DNA of 45,903 nucleotides from Candidatus Limnocylindria bacterium (GTDB lineage Bacteria; Chloroflexota; Limnocylindria; QHBO01): NCBI GenBank assembly GCA_036380155.1, contig DASVFG010000055.1, forward strand, positions 1-45,903, read 5' to 3'. Position 1 is the first letter of the stretch, and every line of letters starts with the position of its first letter. A program made the position numbers and the translations under genes. The notes beneath the pieces are model-generated. The model was not told the origin of the DNA, ran no database searches, and saw only the letters and a list, made by a program, of their open reading frames with translations. Below, piece by piece: positions 32,856 to 40,586 of this stretch.

Positions 32856-34115
32856 GTGACCCTCCGTCTCCACGATGCTCGCCGTGGCGGGCTCCAGCCG
32901 TTCGCGCCGGTCGGTGAGCGACCGTCCGTCGGCCTCTACGTGTGCGGCGTCACGCCGTACGACACCGGCCACCTGGGGCATGCGTTCACGTACGTGAGCT
33001 TCGACGTGCTGCACCGGTACCTCGAATACCTCGGGCACGACGTCGTCTACGTCCAGAACCTGACCGATGTCGACGACGACATGCTCCGGAAGTCCCGCGA
33101 GACCGGGATCGAGTACCTCACCCTCGGCAACCGCAACGTGACGACGTTCCTCACCGAGATGGCCGCGCTCAACTGGCTGCCGCCCGACCATTACCCGCGC
33201 GCCACCGAGCACATCCCGCAGATGGTGGCCATGATCGAGCGCCTCATCGACGCCGGCGTCGCCTACGTCGCCGACGGCGACGTCTACTTCCACGTTGACG
33301 CGTGGCCGCGGTTCGGCGCCGTCTCGCACCTCTCGCGCGACGCCATGCTGCCGATCGCCAACGAGCGCGGCAACGACCCGACGCGAGCGGGCAAGCGCGA
33401 TCCGCTGGACTTCGTCCTCTGGCAGCGCTCCCTGCCCGACGAGCCGGCCTGGGAGACGCCCTGGGGGCCGGGCCGCCCCGGCTGGCACATCGAGTGCTCG
33501 GCGATGTCGACGACCTACCTCGGCGCCCAGTTCGAGATCCACGGGGGCGGCGGGGACCTCGCCTTCCCGCATCACGACTGTGAGCTCGCCCAGACCGAGG
33601 CGGCGACGGGCATCACGCCGTGGGTCGCGCACTGGGCGCACGCCGGCATGCTGCGCTACGAGGGCGAGAAGATGAGCAAGTCGCTCGGCAACCTCGTCCT
33701 CGTCCGCGACCTGCTGCGCACGTACTCCGGCGACGCGATCCGCCACTACCTCGTCTCGCGCCACTACCGCGCGGAGATCGACTACACGGAGGCCGACCTG
33801 GCCGTCTCGGCCGAGGCGGCCGCCCGCCTGCGGCGCGCATGCCTGCGCGCCGAGGATCTCTCCCCCGCCGACCCCGCGCTGGCCGATGCGGGCACGCTGC
33901 GGTCGGTGGTCCGTGACGGTCGGGATCGATTCCTGGCGGCGATGGACAGCGACCTCGACACGCCCCGTGCCGTACCCGAGCTTGACGCGCTGGCCGACCT
34001 GGCGCTCACCGCCGAGGACGACGAGGTTGCCGCCCAGGCCGGCTGGATGGTCCGCGAGCTCGGCGCCCGCATCCTCGGCCTGCGGCTCGCGTCGGCGCCC
34101 GCCACACGCCCGTGA
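32856..34115 (+). CDS. class I cysteine ligase of the CysRS family, MshC-like (short form lacking the anticodon-binding extension)
   Basis: 419 aa. HIGH as TGHLGHA; KMSKS present; Zn ligand contexts YVCGVTPYD and GWHIECSAM. ANERGNDPTRAGKRDPLDFVLWQ and the short C-terminus with DSDLDTPRAV resemble MshC more than full-length CysRS. Confidence 0.85.
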   Translation: MTLRLHDARRGGLQPFAPVGERPSVGLYVCGVTPYDTGHLGHAFTYVSFDVLHRYLEYLGHDVVYVQNLTDVDDDMLRKSRETGIEYLTLGNRNVTTFLTEMAALNWLPPDHYPRATEHIPQMVAMIERLIDAGVAYVADGDVYFHVDAWPRFGAVSHLSRDAMLPIANERGNDPTRAGKRDPLDFVLWQRSLPDEPAWETPWGPGRPGWHIECSAMSTTYLGAQFEIHGGGGDLAFPHHDCELAQTEAATGITPWVAHWAHAGMLRYEGEKMSKSLGNLVLVRDLLRTYSGDAIRHYLVSRHYRAEIDYTEADLAVSAEAAARLRRACLRAEDLSPADPALADAGTLRSVVRDGRDRFLAAMDSDLDTPRAVPELDALADLALTAEDDEVAAQAGWMVRELGARILGLRLASAPATRP

Positions 34116-34648
34116 GCGACGAGGACCTCGTCCCGGTCTCGGTGCGCCTGGGGAACGTCGTCCCGCCAGAGGATCCGGAGGACTGGACGCGACCGCTGAC
34201 CTGGGTCGCCGCGCTCGGGATGCTCGCGGCGCCGGTGGCGACCCTCGCCTGGTTCATCGCGGCGCCCCCCGACGACGCCACCCGGCTCCTCCCCGCCACG
34301 TTCGTGGTGGCGGCCGCGCTCGCGTGCGGAGCGGCGGCCACCGGCGCCACGCAGCTCGGCGTGGCGCGGGCGTGGACCGCGACGATCGCGGCCGGGCTGT
34401 TCGCGTCCCTCGTGGTCGTGATGCTCGGCGTGGCCATGGCCGGTGAGCGTCAGACCGGCGTCGCGTCCCCCACCCTCGCCCATGCGGTTGCCGCCGCGGC
34501 CGGAGGGATGGCCGGCACCGTGGCCGCCTCCGCGGTCGCCGCCGTCGTCGCCCGGCTGCGGAGCCGCCTCGTGCGCTTCGCGGCATCGTTCGCCGCCGCG
34601 CTCATCGCCGCCATCGCCGTCCTGCCGATCCTCCTGCCCTCAGCCTGA
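34112..34648 (+). CDS. hypothetical polytopic membrane protein, translationally coupled to the MshC-like gene
   Basis: 178 aa, 4-5 Ala-rich TM helices. GTGA overlap with the upstream stop. Confidence 0.65.
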   Translation: MSDEDLVPVSVRLGNVVPPEDPEDWTRPLTWVAALGMLAAPVATLAWFIAAPPDDATRLLPATFVVAAALACGAAATGATQLGVARAWTATIAAGLFASLVVVMLGVAMAGERQTGVASPTLAHAVAAAAGGMAGTVAASAVAAVVARLRSRLVRFAASFAAALIAAIAVLPILLPSA

Positions 34649-35674
34649 CGGCGTCGGCTCCGCGCCACCCCCGCCGGCCTCGGGGAGCAGACAGGCGGCG
34701 GCATGGGTCCCGTCCACCATCACGAGCGCCGGATCCACGACCGGGCATCGGTCGAACGCCTTCGGGCAGCGGGGGTGGAAGCGACAGCCGCTCGGCATCC
34801 GTGACGCGTCGGGCGTCTCGCCGCGCAGGATGACCGGCGGGCGGCGCAGCTGCGGGTCGGGCACCGGCACGACCGACAGCAGCGCCTGCGCGTAGGGGTG
34901 ACGTGGGTCGTGCAGCACCTGTCGGGTCGGTCCCTGCTCGACGATGCGGCCGAGATACATGACCGCGATGCGATCGGCATAGGCCGCCACGGTCGAGAGG
35001 TCGTGGGTGATCATCACGACCCCGATGCCCCGCTCGTGGGCCAGCGCGGCCAGGAGGTTGAGGATCTCCGCCCGAATGCTGACATCGAGCATGCTGACCG
35101 GCTCGTCGGCGATGAGAAGCGCGGGCTCGAGGGCGAGCGCCGCGGCGATGACGACCCGCTGCCGCTGGCCACCCGACAGCTCCCACGGATAGCGCCGCAG
35201 GTACGCTTCGACGGGCGTGAGCCCGGCGGCGCCGAGCGCGGCCGACACGCGCACCCGCGCGCCGGCGTCGGAGGTCGCGACGCCGTGGACGCGGAGCGGC
35301 TCGGCGACGATCTCCGCGACCGTCATCCGCGGATTGAGCGACTCGTACGGGTCCTGGAACACCATCTGCGCCTGGCGACGGATGCGCCGCAGGTCGCCGC
35401 GCGACAGTCGGCCGACCTCCTCCCCGTTGAGGACGACGCGCCCGGACGTGGGGCGCTCGAGGCCCATGAGCAGGTTGCCGGTCGTCGTCTTCCCGCAGCC
35501 GGACTCGCCGACCAGCGCGAGGATCTCGCCCGGTCGAAGTTCGAAGCTGATGCCGTCGACCGCCCGGACAGGCATCGCCGGCGTGCCACGCAGCGCATCG
35601 GCCAGCGAGCGCCGGCCGGGGAAGGCCTTCACGAGGTCCTCGACGCGGAGCAGCGGCGGCGAGGCGGCGGTCAA
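34640..35674 (-). CDS. oligopeptide/dipeptide ABC transporter ATP-binding protein (OppF/DppF-type)
   Basis: Walker A GESGCGKTT, LSGGQRQRV, LLIADEPVSMLD, C-terminal oligo_HPY region (HPYAQALL...CRFHPRCP). TTG start overlapping the upstream stop (TTGA). Confidence 0.9.
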   Translation of the reverse strand: MTAASPPLLRVEDLVKAFPGRRSLADALRGTPAMPVRAVDGISFELRPGEILALVGESGCGKTTTGNLLMGLERPTSGRVVLNGEEVGRLSRGDLRRIRRQAQMVFQDPYESLNPRMTVAEIVAEPLRVHGVATSDAGARVRVSAALGAAGLTPVEAYLRRYPWELSGGQRQRVVIAAALALEPALLIADEPVSMLDVSIRAEILNLLAALAHERGIGVVMITHDLSTVAAYADRIAVMYLGRIVEQGPTRQVLHDPRHPYAQALLSVVPVPDPQLRRPPVILRGETPDASRMPSGCRFHPRCPKAFDRCPVVDPALVMVDGTHAAACLLPEAGGGGAEPTPSG

Positions 35675-37626
35675 GGACGACCCTCCTCGGCCGGGTCGAG
35701 GAGGAAGCAGCTCGCGCGACCTCCCGCAGCCGGGTAATCCGGCGGTCGCTCGACGGCGCAGCGCTCGAAGGCGTGCGGGCAGCGCGGCGCGAACCGGCAG
35801 CCAGCGGGCATCGCGTCGAGGCGCGGCGGCGAGCCGGGGATGCCGCGCAGCGGCCGGTCCGGATGGGCGAGATCCGGGAAGGAGCGAAGGAGCTGCTGGG
35901 TGTACGGGTGCTGCGGTTCGGCGAACACCCGGGTCGCGGCGTTCTCCTCGGCCACCACGCCGCCGTACATGACGACCACCCGGTCGCAGGTCTGCGCCAC
36001 GACGCCGAGGTCGTGGGTGACGAGGATGATCCCCATCCCGAAGTCACGCGCGATCCCGCCCAGGAGCTCGAGGATCTGGGCCTGGATCATCACGTCGAGG
36101 GCGGTCGTCGGCTCGTCGGCGACGATGACGTCCGGGTCGCAGGCCAGGGCGAGCGCGATCATCGCCCGCTGCCGCATCCCGCCGGAGTAGGTGTGCGGGT
36201 ACTCGCGTGCTCGTCGCTTGCCGATGCCGACCCGCTCGAGAAGCTCACCGGCCCGACGCGACGACGCCGGGCGCGACGCGCCCGGGTCGTGGAGCCGAAT
36301 GGCCTCGGTGATCTGGTCCTCGACCGTGCGGACCGGGTTGAGCGCGTTCATCGCGCCCTGGAACACGAGCGACAGCCGCGTCCAGCGGAACGACCGGAGC
36401 GCTCGTCCGTCGAGCGCGAGGAGATCCTCCCCGTCGAACCAGACCTGGCCGCCGACGACGCGGCCGCCGGGGGGCAGCAGCCGAAGCACACCGAGCACCG
36501 TCGTCGTCTTGCCGCACCCCGACTCCCCCACCAGCCCGAGCGTCTCTCCACGACGCAGGTCGAAGCTCACGCCGTCGACGGCGCGCAGCGGGCCACCGGG
36601 AGCATCGAACTCGATGGCCAGGTCCCGGACGCTGAGGATCGGTGCGCCGGCCTCCGTGGTGGTCGGTGGTCGGGCGACGGCGACGTGCGCCGCGGGAACC
36701 GGGATGGCGACGTCCGAGCCCGGCGCCTCGAGGTGGTGGCGCTTCGGCCGGGGATTGAGGGCGTCCTCGAGGGCCGTGCCGAGGAGCGTGGTGCCGAGCA
36801 CGACCCACACGATCGCGAACCCCGGCGGAAGGAGCGCCCACCATGCCCCGGCCGAGACCGCGCCACGGCCGAACGCGAAGTTCAGCATCTGCCCCCAGCT
36901 GATGACCGTCGGATCGCCGAGGCCGAGGAAGGCAAGGGTCGACTCCGACAGGATCGCGAGGCTGATGACGAGCACCATGTTCGCGAGCATGAGCGGCAGC
37001 ACGGCCGGGACGATGTGGCGGCGCAGGACATGGACGTCACCGGCGCCGATCGCCTTGGCGCGAAGGACGTACTTGCGCTCGCGGACGGTGAGTGTCTGCG
37101 ACCGGACGAGCCGTGCCGTCGTCGTCCAGCCCAGTGCGCCGATGACGACGATGATCGTGCCCAGCGACGGGCCGATGATCGCCACCAGCACGATCTGGAG
37201 CGCCAGGTCCGGGATGACGAGGAAGAAGTCCGTGATCCGCATGAGCAGCGAGCCGATCCACCCGCCGCGGTAGCCGGCCACGATGCCCACCACGCCGCCG
37301 ATGAGGAGCGCCATCGCCGCGGCCGCGAAGCCGACGAGGAGCGACACGCGCGCCCCGTAGATGAGCGACGAGAGCACATCGTTCCCGCCGTCGTCGGTCC
37401 CGAGCGGATGCGCTGCCGACGGTGGCTGGTAGATGTCGAGGATCGTGACCCGGACCGGCTCGTACGGGTCGTAGGGTGCGACGAGCGGCGCCGCGACGGC
37501 GATGACTAGCGCGATCCCGAGCATCGCGGCTCCGACAAGCCCGATGCGATGGCCGAGGAAGCGGCGCCAGGCGCGGCGGCTCGGCTCGACGGCGGGTGGC
37601 GCGGTGGCTTCGAGCATGGCGGTCAT
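35671..37626 (-). CDS. fused peptide ABC transporter permease (OppC/DppC-type) + ATP-binding protein (OppD/DppD-type)
   Basis: 651 aa. N-terminal ~290 aa permease (HPLGTDDGGNDVLSSLIYGARVSL, EAA-type loop) ending ...LEDALNPRPK. A ~35-aa linker, then an ABC ATPase (GESGCGKTT, YSGGMRQRA, VIVADEPTTALD, HPYTQQLL...CRFAPRCP). Confidence 0.9.
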   Translation of the reverse strand: MTAMLEATAPPAVEPSRRAWRRFLGHRIGLVGAAMLGIALVIAVAAPLVAPYDPYEPVRVTILDIYQPPSAAHPLGTDDGGNDVLSSLIYGARVSLLVGFAAAAMALLIGGVVGIVAGYRGGWIGSLLMRITDFFLVIPDLALQIVLVAIIGPSLGTIIVVIGALGWTTTARLVRSQTLTVRERKYVLRAKAIGAGDVHVLRRHIVPAVLPLMLANMVLVISLAILSESTLAFLGLGDPTVISWGQMLNFAFGRGAVSAGAWWALLPPGFAIVWVVLGTTLLGTALEDALNPRPKRHHLEAPGSDVAIPVPAAHVAVARPPTTTEAGAPILSVRDLAIEFDAPGGPLRAVDGVSFDLRRGETLGLVGESGCGKTTTVLGVLRLLPPGGRVVGGQVWFDGEDLLALDGRALRSFRWTRLSLVFQGAMNALNPVRTVEDQITEAIRLHDPGASRPASSRRAGELLERVGIGKRRAREYPHTYSGGMRQRAMIALALACDPDVIVADEPTTALDVMIQAQILELLGGIARDFGMGIILVTHDLGVVAQTCDRVVVMYGGVVAEENAATRVFAEPQHPYTQQLLRSFPDLAHPDRPLRGIPGSPPRLDAMPAGCRFAPRCPHAFERCAVERPPDYPAAGGRASCFLLDPAEEGRP

Positions 37627-37636
37627 CGAATCACCC

Positions 37637-38644
37637 TCACCCCTCGCTCACGCGCGGGTCGAGCCAGCCGTAGACCAGCTCGGCGAGCAGGTTGGCGACG
37701 ACGACGGCGACGGCCAGCAGCAGGAACGCGCCCTGGAGCACCGGGTAATCCCGATCTCCCACGGCATTCACCGTGAGCGCGCCGAGGCCTGGCCAGGAGT
37801 ACACCGCCTCCACCTGGATGGCACCCGACACGGTGAACCCGAGGTTGAGGGCGATAAGCGTCACCATCGGGAGCATGGCGTTGCGCAGGGCGTGGTGCCG
37901 GATGATGCGGTACGTGCTCAATCCCTTCGCCCGGGCGGTGAGGATGTAGTCCTCCCCGAACACGTCGAGCACGCTGCTCCGCATGATCAGCATGTACTCG
38001 CCGAGCAGGATCAGGGTGAGGGTCAGCGTCGGCAGCAGCAGATGGCGCCCGATGTCCCAGGCCAGCTCGGCGAAGCTCTCGAACTCCGCGCCGATCGTGA
38101 TCCGGCCGGCGGTGGGCAGCCCGTACCAGTTCGCCCCCGCCACGAGCAGGATGATGCCGAGGAAGAACGTCGGCAGCGACCACGTGAACAGGCTGAACGA
38201 CAGCGACGCGAGATCGATCGCGCGCCCGCGCCGCCATGCCGCGAAGAGACCGAGTGCCGAGCCGAGCAGGATGGCGAGGACCTGCGACGGCAGCACGAGC
38301 CACAGCGTGTTCACCAAGGCGTTGCCGATGAGGTCCGCGACGGGCTGGTCGCGGAACGCGTAGCTGGTTCCCAGGTCGCCGCGGCCCAACGCCGCGAGAT
38401 AGGCCGTGAACTGGGTGTCGAGCGGGTTGTCGCCGTCGAGGTCGAGGAAGAGCTCCTTGTCGAGGCCGAACCGCTGGCGGAGCGTCTCGACAGCCTCCGG
38501 GTTGAGCCGCGGATCGCGCATCCCGGACTTCGCGGGGTCGCCGGGCAGCACGCGGAACAGCACGAAGTTGAACGTCACCACGACCGCCACGGTGACGAGC
38601 GCCCACGCGATCTTCGAGACGAGGTAGCCGCCCCGTCCGCTCAT
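37637..38644 (-). CDS. peptide ABC transporter permease (OppB/DppB-type)
   Basis: 335 aa. N-terminus FVLFRVLPGDPA, loop YILTARAKGLSTYRIIRHHALRNAMLP. Confidence 0.92.
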   Translation of the reverse strand: MSGRGGYLVSKIAWALVTVAVVVTFNFVLFRVLPGDPAKSGMRDPRLNPEAVETLRQRFGLDKELFLDLDGDNPLDTQFTAYLAALGRGDLGTSYAFRDQPVADLIGNALVNTLWLVLPSQVLAILLGSALGLFAAWRRGRAIDLASLSFSLFTWSLPTFFLGIILLVAGANWYGLPTAGRITIGAEFESFAELAWDIGRHLLLPTLTLTLILLGEYMLIMRSSVLDVFGEDYILTARAKGLSTYRIIRHHALRNAMLPMVTLIALNLGFTVSGAIQVEAVYSWPGLGALTVNAVGDRDYPVLQGAFLLLAVAVVVANLLAELVYGWLDPRVSEG

Positions 38645-38717
38645 GCCGGCCGGATCCTCCGGATCAGTGGCACACCGGGTCGAGCGTCAGCGGCTGACGC
38701 CCGACCCGGTCCGGTGC

Positions 38718-40430
38718 CTATTCCGCCGGTCGCAGGTTCACGAGGGACGACGGGTCCTCGAGGCCGAGTGTCGGGTTGACGTCGAGCCACCCGGTGAACG
38801 TGTCGGTCCTCCATGCCTGGAGGGACTGCTGGTAGTACGGGATGATGTACGGCACGTCCTCCACGAGGATGCGCTGCATCTCGTGGATCTGCTCGACGCG
38901 TGCGTCGTGATCGGTTTCGACCGCCTGGGCGTCGTAGAGCGCGTCGTACTCCTCGTTGCAGTACCCCGTCTCGCTGAAGCCGGTGTCGATCTCGCCGCAC
39001 AGCGCCACGCCCAGCAGGAACGCCGGATCCGGATCCGATCCCCAGCCCCAGAGCATGACGTCGTAGTCGAAGGCCGGACAGCAGACGCTCGTCAGCGTGT
39101 CCGGATCGAGGCCCTGGATCTCGATCTGGACCCCGATGGCGCCCCATTGCTCCTGGATGAGCTCGGCCTCGCGCGGCGCGGTATCGATGTCATCGGCGTA
39201 GTTGAACCGGAACGTCAGCGTCTCGCAGTCCTGGTCGGCAAGGCACTCGCGTACCCCGTCGCCGTCGCTGTCGGCATACCCCGCCTCGTCGAGCATCGCG
39301 TTCGCGGCGTCGGTGTCGAAGGCGTAGTCCTCCACCTCGCTGGCGTAGTACTCGCCGAGGCCAGGCGGCACGACCGAGAGCCCGAGCGAGCTCGTGCCGA
39401 GCGTGGCGACGTCGATGATGTTCTGCTTGTCCATGGCCATCGCCAGCGCGCGTCGGACGGCGATGTCCTTGAGGGCCGGATGGCCCGAACAGACGCCGCC
39501 CTCCGCCGGGCAGGCATCGTCCGCCACGATGTTGAAGAAGACGTCGCGGAACGCTCCGCCGGCCGCGATGTCCGCGATATGCACGTACACGTTCTCGGCG
39601 TTCTGGAGCGCGCCGGCGGTGGTGGCCGGGAACTCGGTGATCGCGTCGACGTCACCGGTGGTGAGCGCGGTGACGCGCCCATCGGGGTTCTCGATGGTCT
39701 GGAAGATGACGCCGTCGATGTTGGCCGGCGTCTGCCAGTAGTCCGCGTTCGTTTCGAGCTCGACCGAGACGCCCTGCTCGTAGCCGGCCAGCGCGAACGC
39801 GCCGGACCCGATCATCTCCTCGTTCTCGAACTCGACCGCGTCCTCGACGCCTTCCCAGATGTGCTGTGGAACGACGTAGATGAACGCCATGTAGGACTCG
39901 AAGGTGACGAGCGGCTCCGCCGTGGTCAGGGTCAGCTGCGTATCGCTCACGACCTCGACGGACTCGAATGGCGCCGCGTACGACGGCAGGAACGGGAAGT
40001 CCGGCGTATCGCGGTACAGCTCGACGCTGAACGCGACGTCCTCGGCGGTCAGCGGCTCGCCGTCGTGGAACGTGGCTCCATCGACGATGTTCATCGTCCA
40101 GGTCAGGCCGTCCTCCGACGGCTCCCAGTCGGTCGCGAGCTCCGGCACGTATTCGCCGGCCGAGGTCACGGAGATCGGGGTGTCGTAGACCAGCTCGTAG
40201 AGGGTGTACGCCTCGGTGAGCACGCCGTTGCCAGGGTTGAGGCTGTCGGGCGAGCCGCCCCAGGCGATACGAACCGTGCCGCCGGTGGCCGTGCCGCCAT
40301 CGGTCGGGGCTGCGGACGAGCCCGGGTCGGCGCTCGGCGCCGTGGACGTCGTCTGCTGCTGCGCACCGCACGCGGCCAGGATGAGCGCCAGCGTCGCCGT
40401 GAGCGCGCTGATCGTTCGAAGTCGTCGCAC
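38718..40430 (-). CDS. peptide ABC transporter substrate-binding lipoprotein (SBP family 5)
   Basis: GTG start 40430 (VRRLRTISALTATLALILAAC lipobox) with GGAGGAAG upstream. SBP_bac_5 body (LATDWEPSEDGLTWTMNIVDGATFHDGEPLTAEDVAFS). The 1358-aa track ORF is an artefactual extension. Confidence 0.9.
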   Translation of the reverse strand: MRRLRTISALTATLALILAACGAQQQTTSTAPSADPGSSAAPTDGGTATGGTVRIAWGGSPDSLNPGNGVLTEAYTLYELVYDTPISVTSAGEYVPELATDWEPSEDGLTWTMNIVDGATFHDGEPLTAEDVAFSVELYRDTPDFPFLPSYAAPFESVEVVSDTQLTLTTAEPLVTFESYMAFIYVVPQHIWEGVEDAVEFENEEMIGSGAFALAGYEQGVSVELETNADYWQTPANIDGVIFQTIENPDGRVTALTTGDVDAITEFPATTAGALQNAENVYVHIADIAAGGAFRDVFFNIVADDACPAEGGVCSGHPALKDIAVRRALAMAMDKQNIIDVATLGTSSLGLSVVPPGLGEYYASEVEDYAFDTDAANAMLDEAGYADSDGDGVRECLADQDCETLTFRFNYADDIDTAPREAELIQEQWGAIGVQIEIQGLDPDTLTSVCCPAFDYDVMLWGWGSDPDPAFLLGVALCGEIDTGFSETGYCNEEYDALYDAQAVETDHDARVEQIHEMQRILVEDVPYIIPYYQQSLQAWRTDTFTGWLDVNPTLGLEDPSSLVNLRPAE

Positions 40431-40517
40431 CGTCCTGCTTCCTCCGTTGCGTGGCCGGGACGCGGCGATGCCCGGGGCGGGACGGCCGCTTCGATGCCCC
40501 GAGCATGTCACACGCCA

Positions 40518-40558
40518 CGGATTCCGGTCAACGATTCGATGCGAATCTGCGGAATCCG
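40518..40558. promoter_or_regulatory. nested inverted repeat CGGATTCCG-GTCAAC-GATTCG-ATG-CGAATC-TG-CGGAATCCG in the divergent opp / S9 peptidase spacer
   Basis: Outer 9-bp and inner 6-bp perfect inverted repeats read directly. Relatively AT-rich. Confidence 0.5.
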
Positions 40559-40574
40559 CGTACAGCCGCCGGGG

Positions 40575-40580
40575 CATACT
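40575..40580 (+). promoter_or_regulatory. weak -10-like hexamer CATACT, 6 nt upstream of ATG 40587
   Basis: ggggCATACTccgccgATG, no Shine-Dalgarno. Confidence 0.25.
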
Positions 40581-40586
40581 CCGCCG

